DNA of 64,000 bases from Octopus sinensis. Its lineage: Eukaryota. The notes under the pieces were generated by a model, which did no database searches, was not told the DNA's origin, and saw only the letters and a program-made list of their open reading frames with translations. The position numbers and the translations under genes were made by a program. The stretch covers positions 109,492,001-109,556,000 of the forward strand of contig NC_043005.1 of the NCBI RefSeq assembly GCF_006345805.1, in the 5' to 3' direction. Below, one piece after another: positions 1-12,204 of this stretch (position 1 is the stretch's first letter; every line of letters begins with the position of its first letter).

Positions 1-155
1 TGTGTGTCCGTGCTTCTGTGTAAAGTGATTGCGTCTGTATATATGTATATGAGTATGTGCATTTATTTGTTAATATCTATCCGTGTCTGAGCTAAATCTT
101 TGCTCTCTTCAATTTTCTTTCTATTTGTTCATTACTTTCACATATCTACACAACA

Positions 156-197
<42 letters not shown>

Positions 198-200
<3 letters not shown>

Positions 201-510
201 GAGATGCAATAGCCCACTGGTTAGGGCAGCGGTTGTACGATCGTAGTCGTAGGATCGCGGCCATACGATCGCGGTCGTAGGATCATGGTCGTAGGATCGC
301 AGTTTCGATTTCCAGACCGGGTGTTGTGAGTGTTTATTGAGCGTAAACACCTAAAAAGTCCCATGAGGCTCCAGCAGGGGGTGGTGGCGGTCCCTGCTGT
401 ACTCTTTCACCACAACTTTCTCTTGCTCTTTCTTCTGAAGCCCTGCTCGCTTAGCCAGCGGTGTGGTGTCATTTGAAGGCTAAAACAATGTGAAGCGCAT
501 TGTGACCAGC
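198..510 (+). mobile_element. tRNA-derived SINE (octopus OK-like head), 3' end cut by RTE fragment
   Basis: tRNA-like head with A-box-like TAGCCCACTGG and B-box-like GTTTCGATT. Body matches 2979-3280 and 49089-49400. Tail matches 5226-5340. Confidence 0.8.
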
Positions 511-880
511 ACAACCTTTGAACATTAGGCCTCCCCGAGGCAATGACTAGTGACTGAGACCTTTGGAGATATGCTGTGCTTGAGAAGACTCAGCAAGCCA
601 AGTGAGACCACAATCCATGGCCTATGCCAGTGCAGCATAACCGGCCCATTTAAGAGTACCCAGCCATCATTGGGCAATAAACTGCACTTGCGAAGACCTG
701 TTGTGTCAAGCAAAGTCAATGTCATGGCTGATGCCAGTACTGCCTGATTGGCACCCGTGTCAGTGGCATGTAAAAAGCACCATTCAGGCATGGTCGTTGC
801 CAGTGCCACCTGACTGGCTCCCATACTGGTGGCATTGAAAAAGTACCATTCAAGTGTGGTTGTGGTGGAAGTGGCCATAG
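511..880 (+). mobile_element. RTE LINE 3' fragment (ORF end plus 3' UTR)
   Basis: Translates to TLGLPEAMTSD*DLWRYAVLEKTQQAK*, matching the end of the longer RTE copy at 53414-54459, followed by the same UTR. Confidence 0.8.
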
Positions 881-1206
881 CAATTGTAGTCTAGTCAATG
901 AAATTGACCACAGAGCATAGAGAGATGCTGTTAAATCTTAAGGAGACAGAGAAGAAAAAAGATAGGAGCTGGAGGAGGAAGAGAACAATGAGACTGAAAG
1001 AATAGAAGGGATGCAAGAAGAGGAGGTGGATTGGCATTTAGAATTCGGAGGAATGATGGTTTCATTTCATACAATTTCAAATAATATCTGTTATCTGCTT
1101 ACAGATTTCATCTTCCATATACATAGATGATCACAAGTTTATATAACAACGCTTACACACTTTTGCATTAATATGTCTATAAACAAACGCACAACCATAC
1201 ATACAT

Positions 1207-1255
<49 letters not shown>

Positions 1256-1837
1256 TACAGAGAAAGAGAGAGAGAGAGAGGAGAGAGAGAGATCTAGGGA
1301 CAATTGAGGCAAGCTAGAACATAGGATAAGTTAGAACACTTTCTATTTCCAGCAGAAACAAAGAACTTATTAGGGACCACACTGCTGTCTTGGAAGAGTT
1401 TCTTATACAGCTGCCTTTCAATAATACTCACATCAAGGACATACAGAAGCTTTTCAGTTGTATGAGAAGGTTTTTGTATTCTTCATGAATTTAAATAAAA
1501 TTTTTATTGTTGGAAATATCCAGTTTGTTCAGCAGAAAATGTAGTGAGGCATGAATGTTTAGTAGAAAGTAATCAGAATGAAGCAGTAAATAATTTACTT
1601 GTTTCAGTTTGTGCCCTGCATTTTTATGATCACTACTGTATCGGGTTAGTTGCATGGGCACATGTAGTAAATTGGGCATGGCCAAATTGCAGCTTGCAGG
1701 ACCTTTTGAATGGCACACCTAATGAAAAATTGCCTCCAGTGTTTTTAGTAGTGCAGTCCACCTGATGATGATCCATGTCTCATGCAACCCACTTCTTGTG
1801 AAAAATTTCCCTGCCTTGATTTCAACTCAAAAGAATG

Positions 1838-2106
1838 TCGTTGGCACACCTGTGCCATTGGCATGTGTAAAAAAATTCGAGCGAGGTCGTTGCCAGTATC
1901 GCCTGACTGGCCCCTGTGCTGGTGGAACGTAAAAGCACCCACTACACTCTCAGAGTGGTTGGTGTTAGTAAGGGCATCCAGATGTAGAAACTCTGCCAGA
2001 TCAAGACTGGAGCCTGGTGCAGCCATCTGGTTTGCCAGCCCACAGTCAAACGTCCAACCCATGCTAGCATGGAAAGCGGACGTTAAACGATGATGATGAT
2101 GATGAA
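1838..2106 (+). mobile_element. RTE LINE 3' UTR, 5'-truncated, (GAT)n tail
   Basis: Contains AAGGGCATCCAG...CCCATGCTAGCATGGAAAGCGGACGTTAAACGATGATGAT, shared with about ten other copies. Confidence 0.8.
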
Positions 2107-2978
2107 TACGTGAGTTGACTGCCTGAAGAAACCCCAGTGGTGAATGCTAGATACATGAAGATTAGTTCTATTATTTTATTAAGAAAATTTATCTGGGGAC
2201 ATTCTAAATACAGAGATGGAAGATAATATTCTTTTTGCATTTTACAGGGAAAGAAAAGGGATGCTACTTTGCAGCACTAGTAAATTAAAGGAAAAAAAAA
2301 TAATGTGGTAACAAGCAAAGTCTTTCAGTGTGTCCTAAGAAAAGATTTTGCAAACCCCAAATTCACAGTGCCCAACACATGAACAAGGAAACTTCATATT
2401 TATACTGCCTGCTCCATACAACAATCCTTAGCAGAAATTTATATATCATGCTGCTCTATCAGCCTGTATGATATATTCTAAATCAATAAACCTTATTTAT
2501 AGGTAACAAACTAAAGTTACAATCATGCCTGTTTAAGTTGATAAATTATATAAATTGGAAATGAAAATTGAAATGATGCAAACTTAATTCTTGAACTCAA
2601 CCACATAACTACTATAAGCCAGACCCTCTTTTATATGTCTGCAGGGTTTTAATTGACATATAATGAGGTTTTATATACAATTACATTTTCATTCAATGTT
2701 CTTATTTTCTCAATGCTTCAAAAATATAACAAATATATTTCCTTTCTCGTAATATGTAAGATTAAAGCTTCTAATTTGATTTCCAAATGTTAGTCTCTCG
2801 GGTGTAGGAAGAATCATGGCTGTCCAGTTTACGGCAGATGCATGGTTTTATTTCTTTGGGTGACTGGATTCACATTCTTTTTTTTTTCTTTTCTCCAAGA
2901 ACATTTTATCTGACATATTATGAGTTATTATTATTTGAACAAATTTGTAAAGACACACACACACACACACATACATAT

Positions 2979-3280
2979 GTTTGTTCCTTCTCGAACCATG
3001 CCTGGCTTATAAGGGCCTGTTTCCCGGTTTCCTTGGCGTAAAGGTTACCCACCTGGACGGGACGCCGGTCCATTGCAGGTGAGCTGCTAGATGCAGGAGG
3101 AAAAAGTGAGAGAAAGTTGTGGTGAAAGCGTCAGCAGAAGTTCACCACTACCTTCTGCCAGAGCCGCGTGGAGCTTAGGCGTTTTGCCCATAAACACACA
3201 CATCGCTCGGTCTGAGATTAAAACCCGCGATCCATCGACCGCAAGTCCGCTGCTCCAACCACTAGGCCATGTATCTCCAC
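2979..3280 (-). mobile_element. Full-length tRNA-derived SINE with TSD
   Basis: Reverse-complement match to 49089-49400. Flanked by ATACATAT direct repeats at 2971-2978 and 3281-3288. Confidence 0.85.
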
Positions 3281-3377
3281 ATACATATATATAATAATAT
3301 AAATAATATATAAATATATGCATTTATACATACATATATGTATATACGTACATATATATGTATATATACATGCATAT

Positions 3378-3600
3378 ATGGGTACAGGACATCAAAAAAA
3401 ACTCAACAAAATGAGAAATGAGAACATAAAAAACAAACACATAGAAAACGAACTTTTTTTGAACAACGAAAGAAACAAACAGAGAAACGAGACAGGCAAC
3501 ATAAAGAACATTCCCTTCATCAGTTGTCCCCTGTTTATTTACTCTGCGTTTCGAAGGTAGGGACAAGACGTGACTTCATTAAAACAGTAATTCCTGAAAA
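3378..3600 (-). mobile_element. Penelope-like terminal-repeat fragment with decayed hammerhead-like motifs
   Basis: Minus strand reads ...CCTTCGAAACGCAGAGTAAATAAACAGGGGACAACTGATGAAGGG..., similar to 39868-40000 and 40445-40620. Next to a TA-rich tract. Confidence 0.5.
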
Positions 3601-3785
3601 GCAAATTATAATGATTTGAAATTTTGGTGCAGGGGCAGCTATTTCAGTGGTGGACATAAGTCCCAAAAGGACAAAAAGCAAAATCAATCTTGGTAGAGTT
3701 TGAACTCAGAGCATAAAGCTGGATGAAATGTCAGTAAACATTTTGCTAATGGTTTTGCCAGGTCACTGCTTTTCAATCACACACA

Positions 3786-3816
<31 letters not shown>

Positions 3817-3819
3817 CAT

Positions 3820-5225
3820 TTTTTAAGCACATATTTATATTGAAGAGGCTGTGAATATGCTACAGAAACAAAATAAATGCAAGCGTGTTAGAAGCAACAA
3901 AAAATTTGGCTTGTGACAAGGAAAACGATGTGGAATTCGACTGTGTTGGTTCAAGAAAAGAATGTGAGAATAAAAAAACCTAGTCCTCCATTAACTTATA
4001 GAGTTGCCAAAGCATTGGATCCAGATATTTTTCGGAATGTTGAATTCGATAACTGGCAAGAAGCTAAAAGAGCTGAGTTATTGACGAAAAGGCTTTCCGA
4101 ATTTCAGCCGGGAGATAAATGCCAAGTTTTAATAGACGGAACTGACCGAACATATAATGCTCATGTTCAAGAAATAACTGATAAAGAGGGCCATGTTGAA
4201 ATATATGTGGAAGAACTTGGTAAGAAGTGCCAAGTTGCTTACGACTGTTTAAGACACGTACCTTCAAATGAATGATACCTATTGAAAACCGGTAGAAAGT
4301 GCCGAAAAGCAGTAACAATGGTTGTACATATGAATGGTGCGAGTCAATTAGTCTCTAGTAATTTGACTACTTCCACTAAAGTAAAAAAAATCTGTTGGAA
4401 GACGCCATGCTAAAATCTACACCCCAAAGAAACTGAATTCGGCTAATAGAACTGCTAAATTTTCCCGCAGTCTTCATAAATATCCTAAGAGTTCAAACAC
4501 AGAAAACGACGATTATGTTGCAGAGAAAGTAAATATCGATAAATCTTTAAATAACTTCAATGAAAATGCTATTTGTGAATGCCATTACTGTAAGCAGCTA
4601 GAATATGACCAATCAAATACTGAAATGTTGGGGACTCCGTCTCTACCGCCGACATCGGTAAGCGCTGATGACTCTTCGAGCGGTAGTATGTTTGTAACTG
4701 GTGATCAACCACCTCTCACTAATGTAAACAATAACCCGACTTCTCTATCAGTACCTGTAAGTATGACTTCACGAATTTCTATAAATCCTCACATTTGGAT
4801 TCCTTACTTGGAGCGAGCGAACAGTTTGGTAAATTTCAATGTTGGAGTTTCTCAAGACGAGTGCGGAAGAGACTTACCTTTCTCGGATTTGGCTACTTTA
4901 AAATAAGTCTACAACCTTGGTTTTGAGTACCACAAAGCTGTCAGCCTTTTACAAAACACGAACGTGACCGCTACTTCTATGCCCCAGTCAGTATCCTCTT
5001 TTCGCTATAATTCGTCTATGACCGCTCCCGTCCACAGTACACCTGTATATTATCCGGTACAACACACCTACACCCACCAGCTATATGCTATGTACCCACA
5101 GAACTTCGCCACAGCTACCGCTGTCTCCACTGGTCAATCTTCTCAAATTCCATTTATTCCACATATTGCTTCTATGCAAAATGTTCAGTATTCAGGCAAC
5201 ACGTTGCCATCTCAATAGCAGACTC
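3820..5225 (+). pseudogene. OTUD4: Processed, 5'-truncated pseudogene of an OTUD4/ALG13/ovarian-tumor family gene (Tudor domain and C-terminal motif; OTU domain absent)
   Basis: PLTYRVAKALDPDIFRNVEFDNW...FQPGDKCQV...YNAHVQEI...VEELGKK matches the pre-Tudor and Tudor region of OTUD4/ALG13. GVSQDECGRDLPFSDLATLK*VYNLGFEY matches the family G-x-DLP...LRFFxNLG motif. No introns are evident; there are several stops and frameshifts. OTUD4 versus ALG13 orthology is unresolved. Confidence 0.85.
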
Positions 5226-5340
5226 TGTTGGCCTGCTCACTTAGCTAGCATGGTGGCATCATTTGAAGGCTAAAACAATGTGAAGCGCATTGTGACCAGC
5301 GATGTGTAGCAACATCTGATAGCCTGGTCGGTCACGGTGA
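5226..5340 (+). mobile_element. Isolated SINE 3' tail fused to the retrocopy
   Basis: GCCTGCTCACTTAGCTAGC...GAAGGCTAAAACAATGTGAAGCGCATTGTGACCAGC matches the tail at about 440-510. Confidence 0.75.
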
Positions 5341-5344
5341 TATA

Positions 5345-5521
5345 TATTACTGGTGAAGGCCTGTTTATAGGGTCACCCTGGGTTTCTCACCATAAAGAGT
5401 ATCTTTGTGGCGTATCAGCAGACTCTAGGCCAACAAGTCTAGGGTCAGATGATACACCATAAAGATAGTCTTATGGCGAGAAACCCAGGGCGACCCTATG
5501 AGCAGGCCTTCCCCAGCAATA
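5345..5521. mobile_element. Palindromic MITE-like element
   Basis: TTACTGGTGAAGGCCTGTTTATAGGGTCACCCTGGGTTTCTC is the near-perfect inverse of GAGAAACCCAGGGCGACCCTATGAGCAGGCCTTCCCCAGCAA. Pairing continues towards the centre. Confidence 0.7.
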
Positions 5522-7509
5522 AATATAAACTACTCTACTTCCTAAGGGTGCTTCTTCTCCATTTTGATGTTTTTCATAAAAAAAAAACGATATATATTTA
5601 TGAATATATATACATACTACCCGAATAGCCTGTCGTTGCCAGGCAATTTTTACAATAGATTGTCTTATATAAATTTTTATTTATTCCATATCAGAGTATG
5701 CCTTCCCCAACAGACAGGCCTCTTGCTCAGGACAGATTTGTGCAATTTTTCACCAAAAAACTTCGTTGAGGATTTTCTCCTTTTTAAATTATTTACATGC
5801 CTGTTCGACTGTTTCACATGGCTTCATTCATTAAAACTTCAAAAGTTCTTACAACTTTGTGTGCCGCAATGCTTTGCTTTCGTTTGTTTAATAAAAATTC
5901 TTCCTCCTAATGATTTTGCTTTCATTTCATGATAGATAACTATCATGCAGAAAATACCAGTTATCATGCAACCATCATGCAAAAAATGCCAGCTTCTACG
6001 TCCTGTTTTCAGATTAGGTAAAATTGATATAACATTAAACCTCAGTAACATTTTTCTGGAAGAAATAAATGACAAAATCGTATTTAACGGGGAAAATTTA
6101 TTTTAATATTACAAATTTAGAAATTTCGACTTAATTTTAAAATCTCACAATATGTAACAGCAACGGAAAAAACCATACTAAAATATAGAGACAGACAGTT
6201 ATAGGCTGTGTCACACACTCACACACATTTACAAACGTAATTAAAAGTAATTTAAAATGGTATATAGTAGGATATATGTATATAACTATATATGCATGCA
6301 TGTATGTACGTATGTATGTTTACATATATATATATGTATGTATGTGTATGCGTCTGTGTGTGAGAGTTTGTGATTGACAGCAGAAAAGCCACCTATCCCC
6401 TCTCTCCTTAATGCTATGTATTCCTTACAACCACCTTCCTCTGTGTGTGTGAGTGTGTTGTTTTTACGAAAGTATGTTTTGCAGCGTTGCATGTATATGA
6501 CAGCTGTATCAGCATTACAACCCATTGATATAAGTCACCCTCTCTCTGTTACTACTTTTCCCTCAGCCTAATACTTTTTGCAACCTTCTCATTTTATCAT
6601 ATATAGATTTTTATTGAAATCCAATTTGCCTGTCATTGAACTGGATGTTAGTGTAACATGTATGCAAAGTTTCGTGAATATTGGTTCGCTGGTTTAGGCA
6701 CTAAGATGGCAACAGACAGACATACAGACAGAACTTGTCATTTATATATTAGGTATATATATACACAGAAATATACATGCACACACATACACACACACAT
6801 AAACATGTATATATACAGACAGATATATCATAGATATACCGACACGCATACACACAAAAATGTATGCACACAGATTTTACAACTAATCTGTTAAATACAT
6901 TGCACATCAGTAAATTAATTCTCTGTGAAAGACAAGTAAAAAAATAAATAAAACAATAAAAACAATTAAGTAGGAATAATTAGAAATATTTCCTTCATCC
7001 ACTAATTGAAACCAACTTTGCTTTGACCATGTTACAAAGGAAACTACTTGGTAATAATACTAAACAGAGGACTTTGTGTTATTGCAAAGATAGCATGAAG
7101 ATGGTGCCTTAATCAGAGTGGTCGTCATCATTAACTACAGTTGTTAACAATAGTCAAAAGTAATTAGAGCTTTTGTCATTGATGTCATTTAAAATGAAAC
7201 AGGGACTGAGATATAAAAGTGAGGAAAGATGGAGGAGAGAATAATGAAAGAACGGGGAAGGTGATGGGAGTAGGAAGAAAGCAAGGGAATTAGTATATGC
7301 CTATGTACAAACATCTATTTTTATATACACATATATAGATATGTTACAGAAATATATGCGTGTGTGTGTTTGTGTGTGCATGTGTGTGTGTATGTGCATG
7401 TGTGTGTGTTGCCCACATCCTCACTACCATTCTGCATCTACTTCCCAAGTTAGTTGGAATTGACAGGGAGTTGCTTCTACTCACTTAGTTGTATCTGTCT
7501 GTCTGTCTA

Positions 7510-7566
<57 letters not shown>

Positions 7567-7613
7567 TCTTTCTATCTATCTAGCTAGCTAGGTAGCTAGC
7601 TAGCTCTGTATAT

Positions 7614-7647
<34 letters not shown>

Positions 7648-7653
7648 ACATTA

Positions 7654-7704
<51 letters not shown>

Positions 7705-7707
<3 letters not shown>

Positions 7708-8137
7708 ATTCGAGACAAAACCACTATTTTAAAACCAAACAAGGAAAGACTTAATCAATACATAAAATTTTAATATAAATTAAATAAACCGCCACAACAA
7801 TATGCGTGTGTGTGTTTGTGTGTGCATGTGTGTGTGTATGTGCATGTGTGTGTGTTGCCCACATCCTCACTACCATTCTGCATCTACTTCCCAAGTTAGT
7901 TGGAATTGACAGGGAGCATGTCTGCTACCGACATGTCGGTAGCAGACATGAAACAATTGTTGTGGCGGTTTATTTAATTTATATTAAAATTTTATGTATT
8001 GATTAAGTCTTTCCTTGTTTGGTTTTAAAATAGTGGTTTTGTCTCGAATTATATTATATAATATTTTACTATAAAATTGGATTTAACCCTAAATCTGATT
8101 TTTCCCTGTAATTTTGGATTCATTCCCTAATATTTAT

Positions 8138-8171
<34 letters not shown>

Positions 8172-8400
8172 GGAATTTACAGAAAAACAAAAGAAGACAT
8201 GTGCAGAAACAGCAAACAGGTGTATCGGTTTAAAGCTCAGGAAGGTGAGAATGTCTTTTACGTTTCGAGCAGATGCTCTTCAACAGAAAGGAACACAAAA
8301 TAAACAGAGAGAATTAAAAAAAGCTTTAGTAGCTAGCGGTCAATATCATTATTAACATTATCATCTTCCGTAAACATTTGCTTTATGTATATATATATAG
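7705..8400 (-). mobile_element. Penelope-like terminal-repeat element with inverted partial copy and hammerhead relic
   Basis: 7705-7800 is the reverse complement of 7957-8052. HHR-like motif at 8252-8295. Bounded by (TA)n tracts. Confidence 0.55.
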
Positions 8401-8575
8401 AAAACAAAGTAATTTTATTCCACACAGGTAGACATATAGGGAAAATAGAGGTTTAAAATGCACTGAGAATAGTTAAAATATTTTTCATTAATATATTTGA
8501 AGCTTTAACCGGTTTCACAGTTTTACATTGATTTTCAAAAAGTTCAAATAGAAAGACATGGCATATATCACAGCT

Positions 8576-9811
8576 GTCTTGCTTCTGATTAGTGTTTGAA
8601 GCTTGTCCTTTTTTTATAGGGAGTTCATGGCTCAAATTAGTATATGTTTTGAATAGGGTTTGATTGGTAGAGGATAGTCGCATGACTGGTCTTAGAAATT
8701 TTTGTAGGTTCCCCGCTATGTCTATGTGTTAGTATCAAGTGATAATGATTATCATCGTAAGTTAAGGCTGACACCGTTGACTGAACAAGCCCAAACAATC
8801 ACTGCTCTCAATGTTTTCTGTCAAGTGTTTCTAGAGAATGAACACGTGATTAAGCTTATAACCTTTCGTATTTTACCGCTACATCTATGCATTGATGTCA
8901 CGTGTCAGTATATTTTGCACCTAAAAAGAAGGCGGACACAGTTGAGTGAACATGTTTAATGATAATCAAGACAGTCCAAATTTAATCTGTCTTGCGGGAG
9001 AGTGGACAGGAGTCATTTGTATATAGTCCAATGGTTAAAATTTAGGTTGTTAACTGTGTAGATTCATCATGCTAAGTGGCAGAATGAATTTTGTGTGTGA
9101 ATAGTTATTTACGTATGTACTCTGTCAAAGTTTGTTAAGCCCTGGTTTGTACTTTTGTATGAAAGTTTTTTCTTTGTTTATCCATGCTTCATCTGTGGTA
9201 TTCACTGATCGTAGGTAAAATGGGAAGACCTGGAATTTGGGGGACATATTTTTTGCACTTATGTCTATGTGTCCACTCAGTGGAATCTGTCTAGTATTGG
9301 AGTCTCATATTTCTTGCTAGAGCATGGTCAGTCTGTTTCTTAGAGTAAACTTTGTTTGGCCTATGTAATTTTCTTTACATCCTTGACATTTAATAGCGTA
9401 TATTAAATTCCTTGAAGAACATTATAACTAAACATGTTCACTCAATCATGTCGGCCTTCATTTTAGGGGCAAAATAGACTGTCACGTGACACTAGCATAT
9501 GAATGTAGCGAGAAACGTATAAAAGGTTATAAATCTAATCAAGTGTTCATTCTCTACAAACACTTGACAGAAAACATTGAGAGCAGTGATTGTTTGGACA
9601 TGTTCAGTTAACAGTGTCAGCCATAACTTACAATGCCAAACATTGTCACCTGACACTAAAACACAGACATAGCAGGGAACCTATAAAACTTTCTTAGACC
9701 AGTCATGTGACTATCCTCTACCAATCAAATCCTATTCAAAACATATACTAATTCGAGCCATGAACTCCCTATATAAATAGGGCAAGCTTCAAACACTAGT
9801 CAGAAACAAGA
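8576..9811. mobile_element. Long-TIR fold-back element (arms about 390 bp, spacer about 455 bp)
   Basis: 8576-8965 aligns as an imperfect reverse complement of 9421-9811, e.g. CAAACAATCACTGCTCTCAATGTTTTCTGTCAAGTGTTT versus AAACACTTGACAGAAAACATTGAGAGCAGTGATTGTTTG. Confidence 0.7.
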
Positions 9812-9869
9812 CTAATAACAGATTTGGGAGCTTGATGTTCATCAGATCCTATTAAGTAACTACTTATAC

Positions 9870-10262
9870 TTTTTTTTTAACTTTTACTTGTTTCAGTCAT
9901 TTGACTGCGGCCAGGCTGCAGCACCACCTTTAGTCGGGCAAATTGACCCCAGGACTTATTCAATCGGTCTCTTTTACCGAACCGCTAAGTTACAGGGATG
10001 TAAACACACCACCATCGGTTGTCAAGTGATGGTGGGGGGGGACAAACACAAACACATAAACACACACACACTCAAACATATATATATATACATATATGTA
10101 ACGGGCTTCTTTCAGTTTACGTCTATCAAATTCACTCACAAGGCTTTGGTCGGCCTGAAGCTATACAAAGTCAACCTCGGCAGTATTTGCCATGCAGTAG
10201 GACTGAACCCGGAACCATGTGGTTCGTAAGAAAGCTACTTACCACACAGCCACTCCTGCGCC
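9870..10262 (-). mobile_element. tRNA/CORE-type SINE family A (octopus OR-like) with internal CA/TA microsatellite
   Basis: Head TAGGCGCAGGAGTGGCTGTGTGGTAAG, tail CAAATGACTGAAACAAGTAAAAG; many copies in the window. Confidence 0.8.
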
Positions 10263-10409
10263 TATTAAGGAACACGAGAAAATGGTTTTAATATTTTCCT
10301 TTTAAAAAGTGCACAACTCAGCATAATTTGAATAAAAGAGAAAATAATTAATTTTATCAAAAAGTTCCGACCTATTATAAATGAACATTAATAATGATAA
10401 TCCTTTCTA

Positions 10410-10618
10410 CTTAAGGCAAAAGGCCTGAAATTTTGGAGGGGAGGCAAGTAGTTGATTACATCGACCCCAGTGTTACACTGGTACTAAATTTATCGACCTC
10501 AAAAGGATGAAAGCCAAAGTCAACCTCGGCAGAATTTGAACTCAGATCATGGCAACTGGTGAAATACCACTAAGCATTTCATCCAGCACACTAACAATTC
10601 TGCCGGCTGGCCACCTTA
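10410..10618 (-). mobile_element. tRNA-derived SINE family B
   Basis: Matches 27250-27483 (CTGAGTTCAAATTCTGCCGAGGTTGACTTTG...). Confidence 0.75.
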
Positions 10619-11270
10619 GTAATAAGGATCATAATAATAGTAGTAGTAGTAGTAGTAGTAGCAGCAGCAGCAATACTTATAGTAAAATAATAACAATAAT
10701 AATAATAATAATGATAATAACGATAATAATAATATTAAGAAGAAGAAGAAGAAGTAAAAGAAGAACCATCCTATATTCTTCAAGAAAGATTCTTGAGATT
10801 TGAAGAGGCTTTTCACTAAACACCAAGATAAAATATGAGTGCTAACTAAATTAGCAGGCACTATCGTAATGACATTGATTTAAATGCAATTTTGCTAAAA
10901 AAAGAAAGAAAGAAAGGAATTTTAACAATCATATTAAATTCATTTAAAAGTATTCTCTTGGTAAAGAAAGTGTTAACTGATCATTTTCTTAGTGTGGAAA
11001 CCCCAGCATTTTCGAACAGTTACTAACATATGGTCAAGTGAACCAATACTCATAGGTATAAATACGAATTTATCATCAGAGCAGAGAGACAATAGCATTC
11101 AAAGAGATGATTGTAAATATTCTTGCTGTCACTAGTTTTGAAAGAGTGTACACATTCGTAGATCAGCTGACCTCTATTACTGTATTTAATTTTCCTTCAT
11201 GTCCCAAACCGCTATTTTAGACCTTTGTGAATGTGCTTGATAGGGTGTTTTGATAGGAAAGATCCGTCAA

Positions 11271-11665
11271 TATACTAGCAGTATCGCCCGGCATTGCTCG
11301 GGTTTGTTTTGACCCTTTAGAATTGGAATTTTTGAAAAGTAAAAATTTTGCATTATGTATCTTGTTATTCTCTTTGGGTGAACATTTTTCTGGTTGAAAT
11401 ACACTGAAAAATGGCGATACAGCAGTCAAAAAATTGTAATAAATAGAGATTTTCATAGAAGAAAAGCACCTTTTTTATGTAAATAATTTCTGGTGTTAAC
11501 ATGGTCCAATTTGAATTTTTTCTTCTACGGAAGGAAGAACAAGCCTTCTTCTATCATACTCTTGATTTTGGTCAACTTGCGCCGCAGGGTCTCGGAGGTG
11601 ATAGTGTTTGTTAAAGGCTACCAAACCTGCCATACACAGACAACTTCAGCTTTATATGTATAGAT
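11271..11665 (+). mobile_element. HINE/DINE-1-like non-autonomous Helentron element, family 1
   Basis: Starts TATACTAGCAGTATCGCCCGGCATTGCTCGGG (short stem-loop) and ends CAGCTTTATATGTATAGAT. Other copies at 33821-34189 and 57389-57780. Confidence 0.65.
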
Positions 11666-11814
11666 TACATTAAGTGATGAAACATGTAATGTATGTAATA
11701 TTTTATATTTTTGCCTTAAGAAGGTAGCTTTTGTTATGCATGCCATTGTATGTTATTTCAGAAAAAGCTTTGTGCTTCACTGGAAGGTAACACACACACA
11801 CTCTCTCTCTCTCT

Positions 11815-12204
11815 CTCTCTTTACTTTTTACTTGTTTCAGTCATATGACAGTTGCCATGCTGGAGCACTGCCTTTGGTCGAGGAAATCGACCTCAGGACT
11901 TATCCTTTGTAAGCCTAGTACTTATTCTATCAATCTCTTTTGCCAAACCGCTAAGTTACGGGGACGTAAACACAGCAGCATCGGTTGTCAAGCGATGTTG
12001 GGGGGGGGGACAAACACAGACACACAAACATATACACGTATACATGCATACACACATACATACATACATACATATATATATATATACATATATACGACGG
12101 GCTTCTTTCAGTTTCCGTCTACCAAATCCACTCAGAAGACACTTGCCCATGGTGCCCATGTGGTTGGTAAGCAAGCTACTTACCACACAGCCACTCCTAC
12201 ACCT
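11815..12204 (-). mobile_element. SINE family A
   Basis: Same head, body and tail as 9870-10262. Confidence 0.8.

Noticed and set aside
5805-5840. Minus-strand TGAATGAAGCCATGTGAAACAGTC as a hammerhead
   Set aside because: The core does not match CUGANGA and stem II does not pair.
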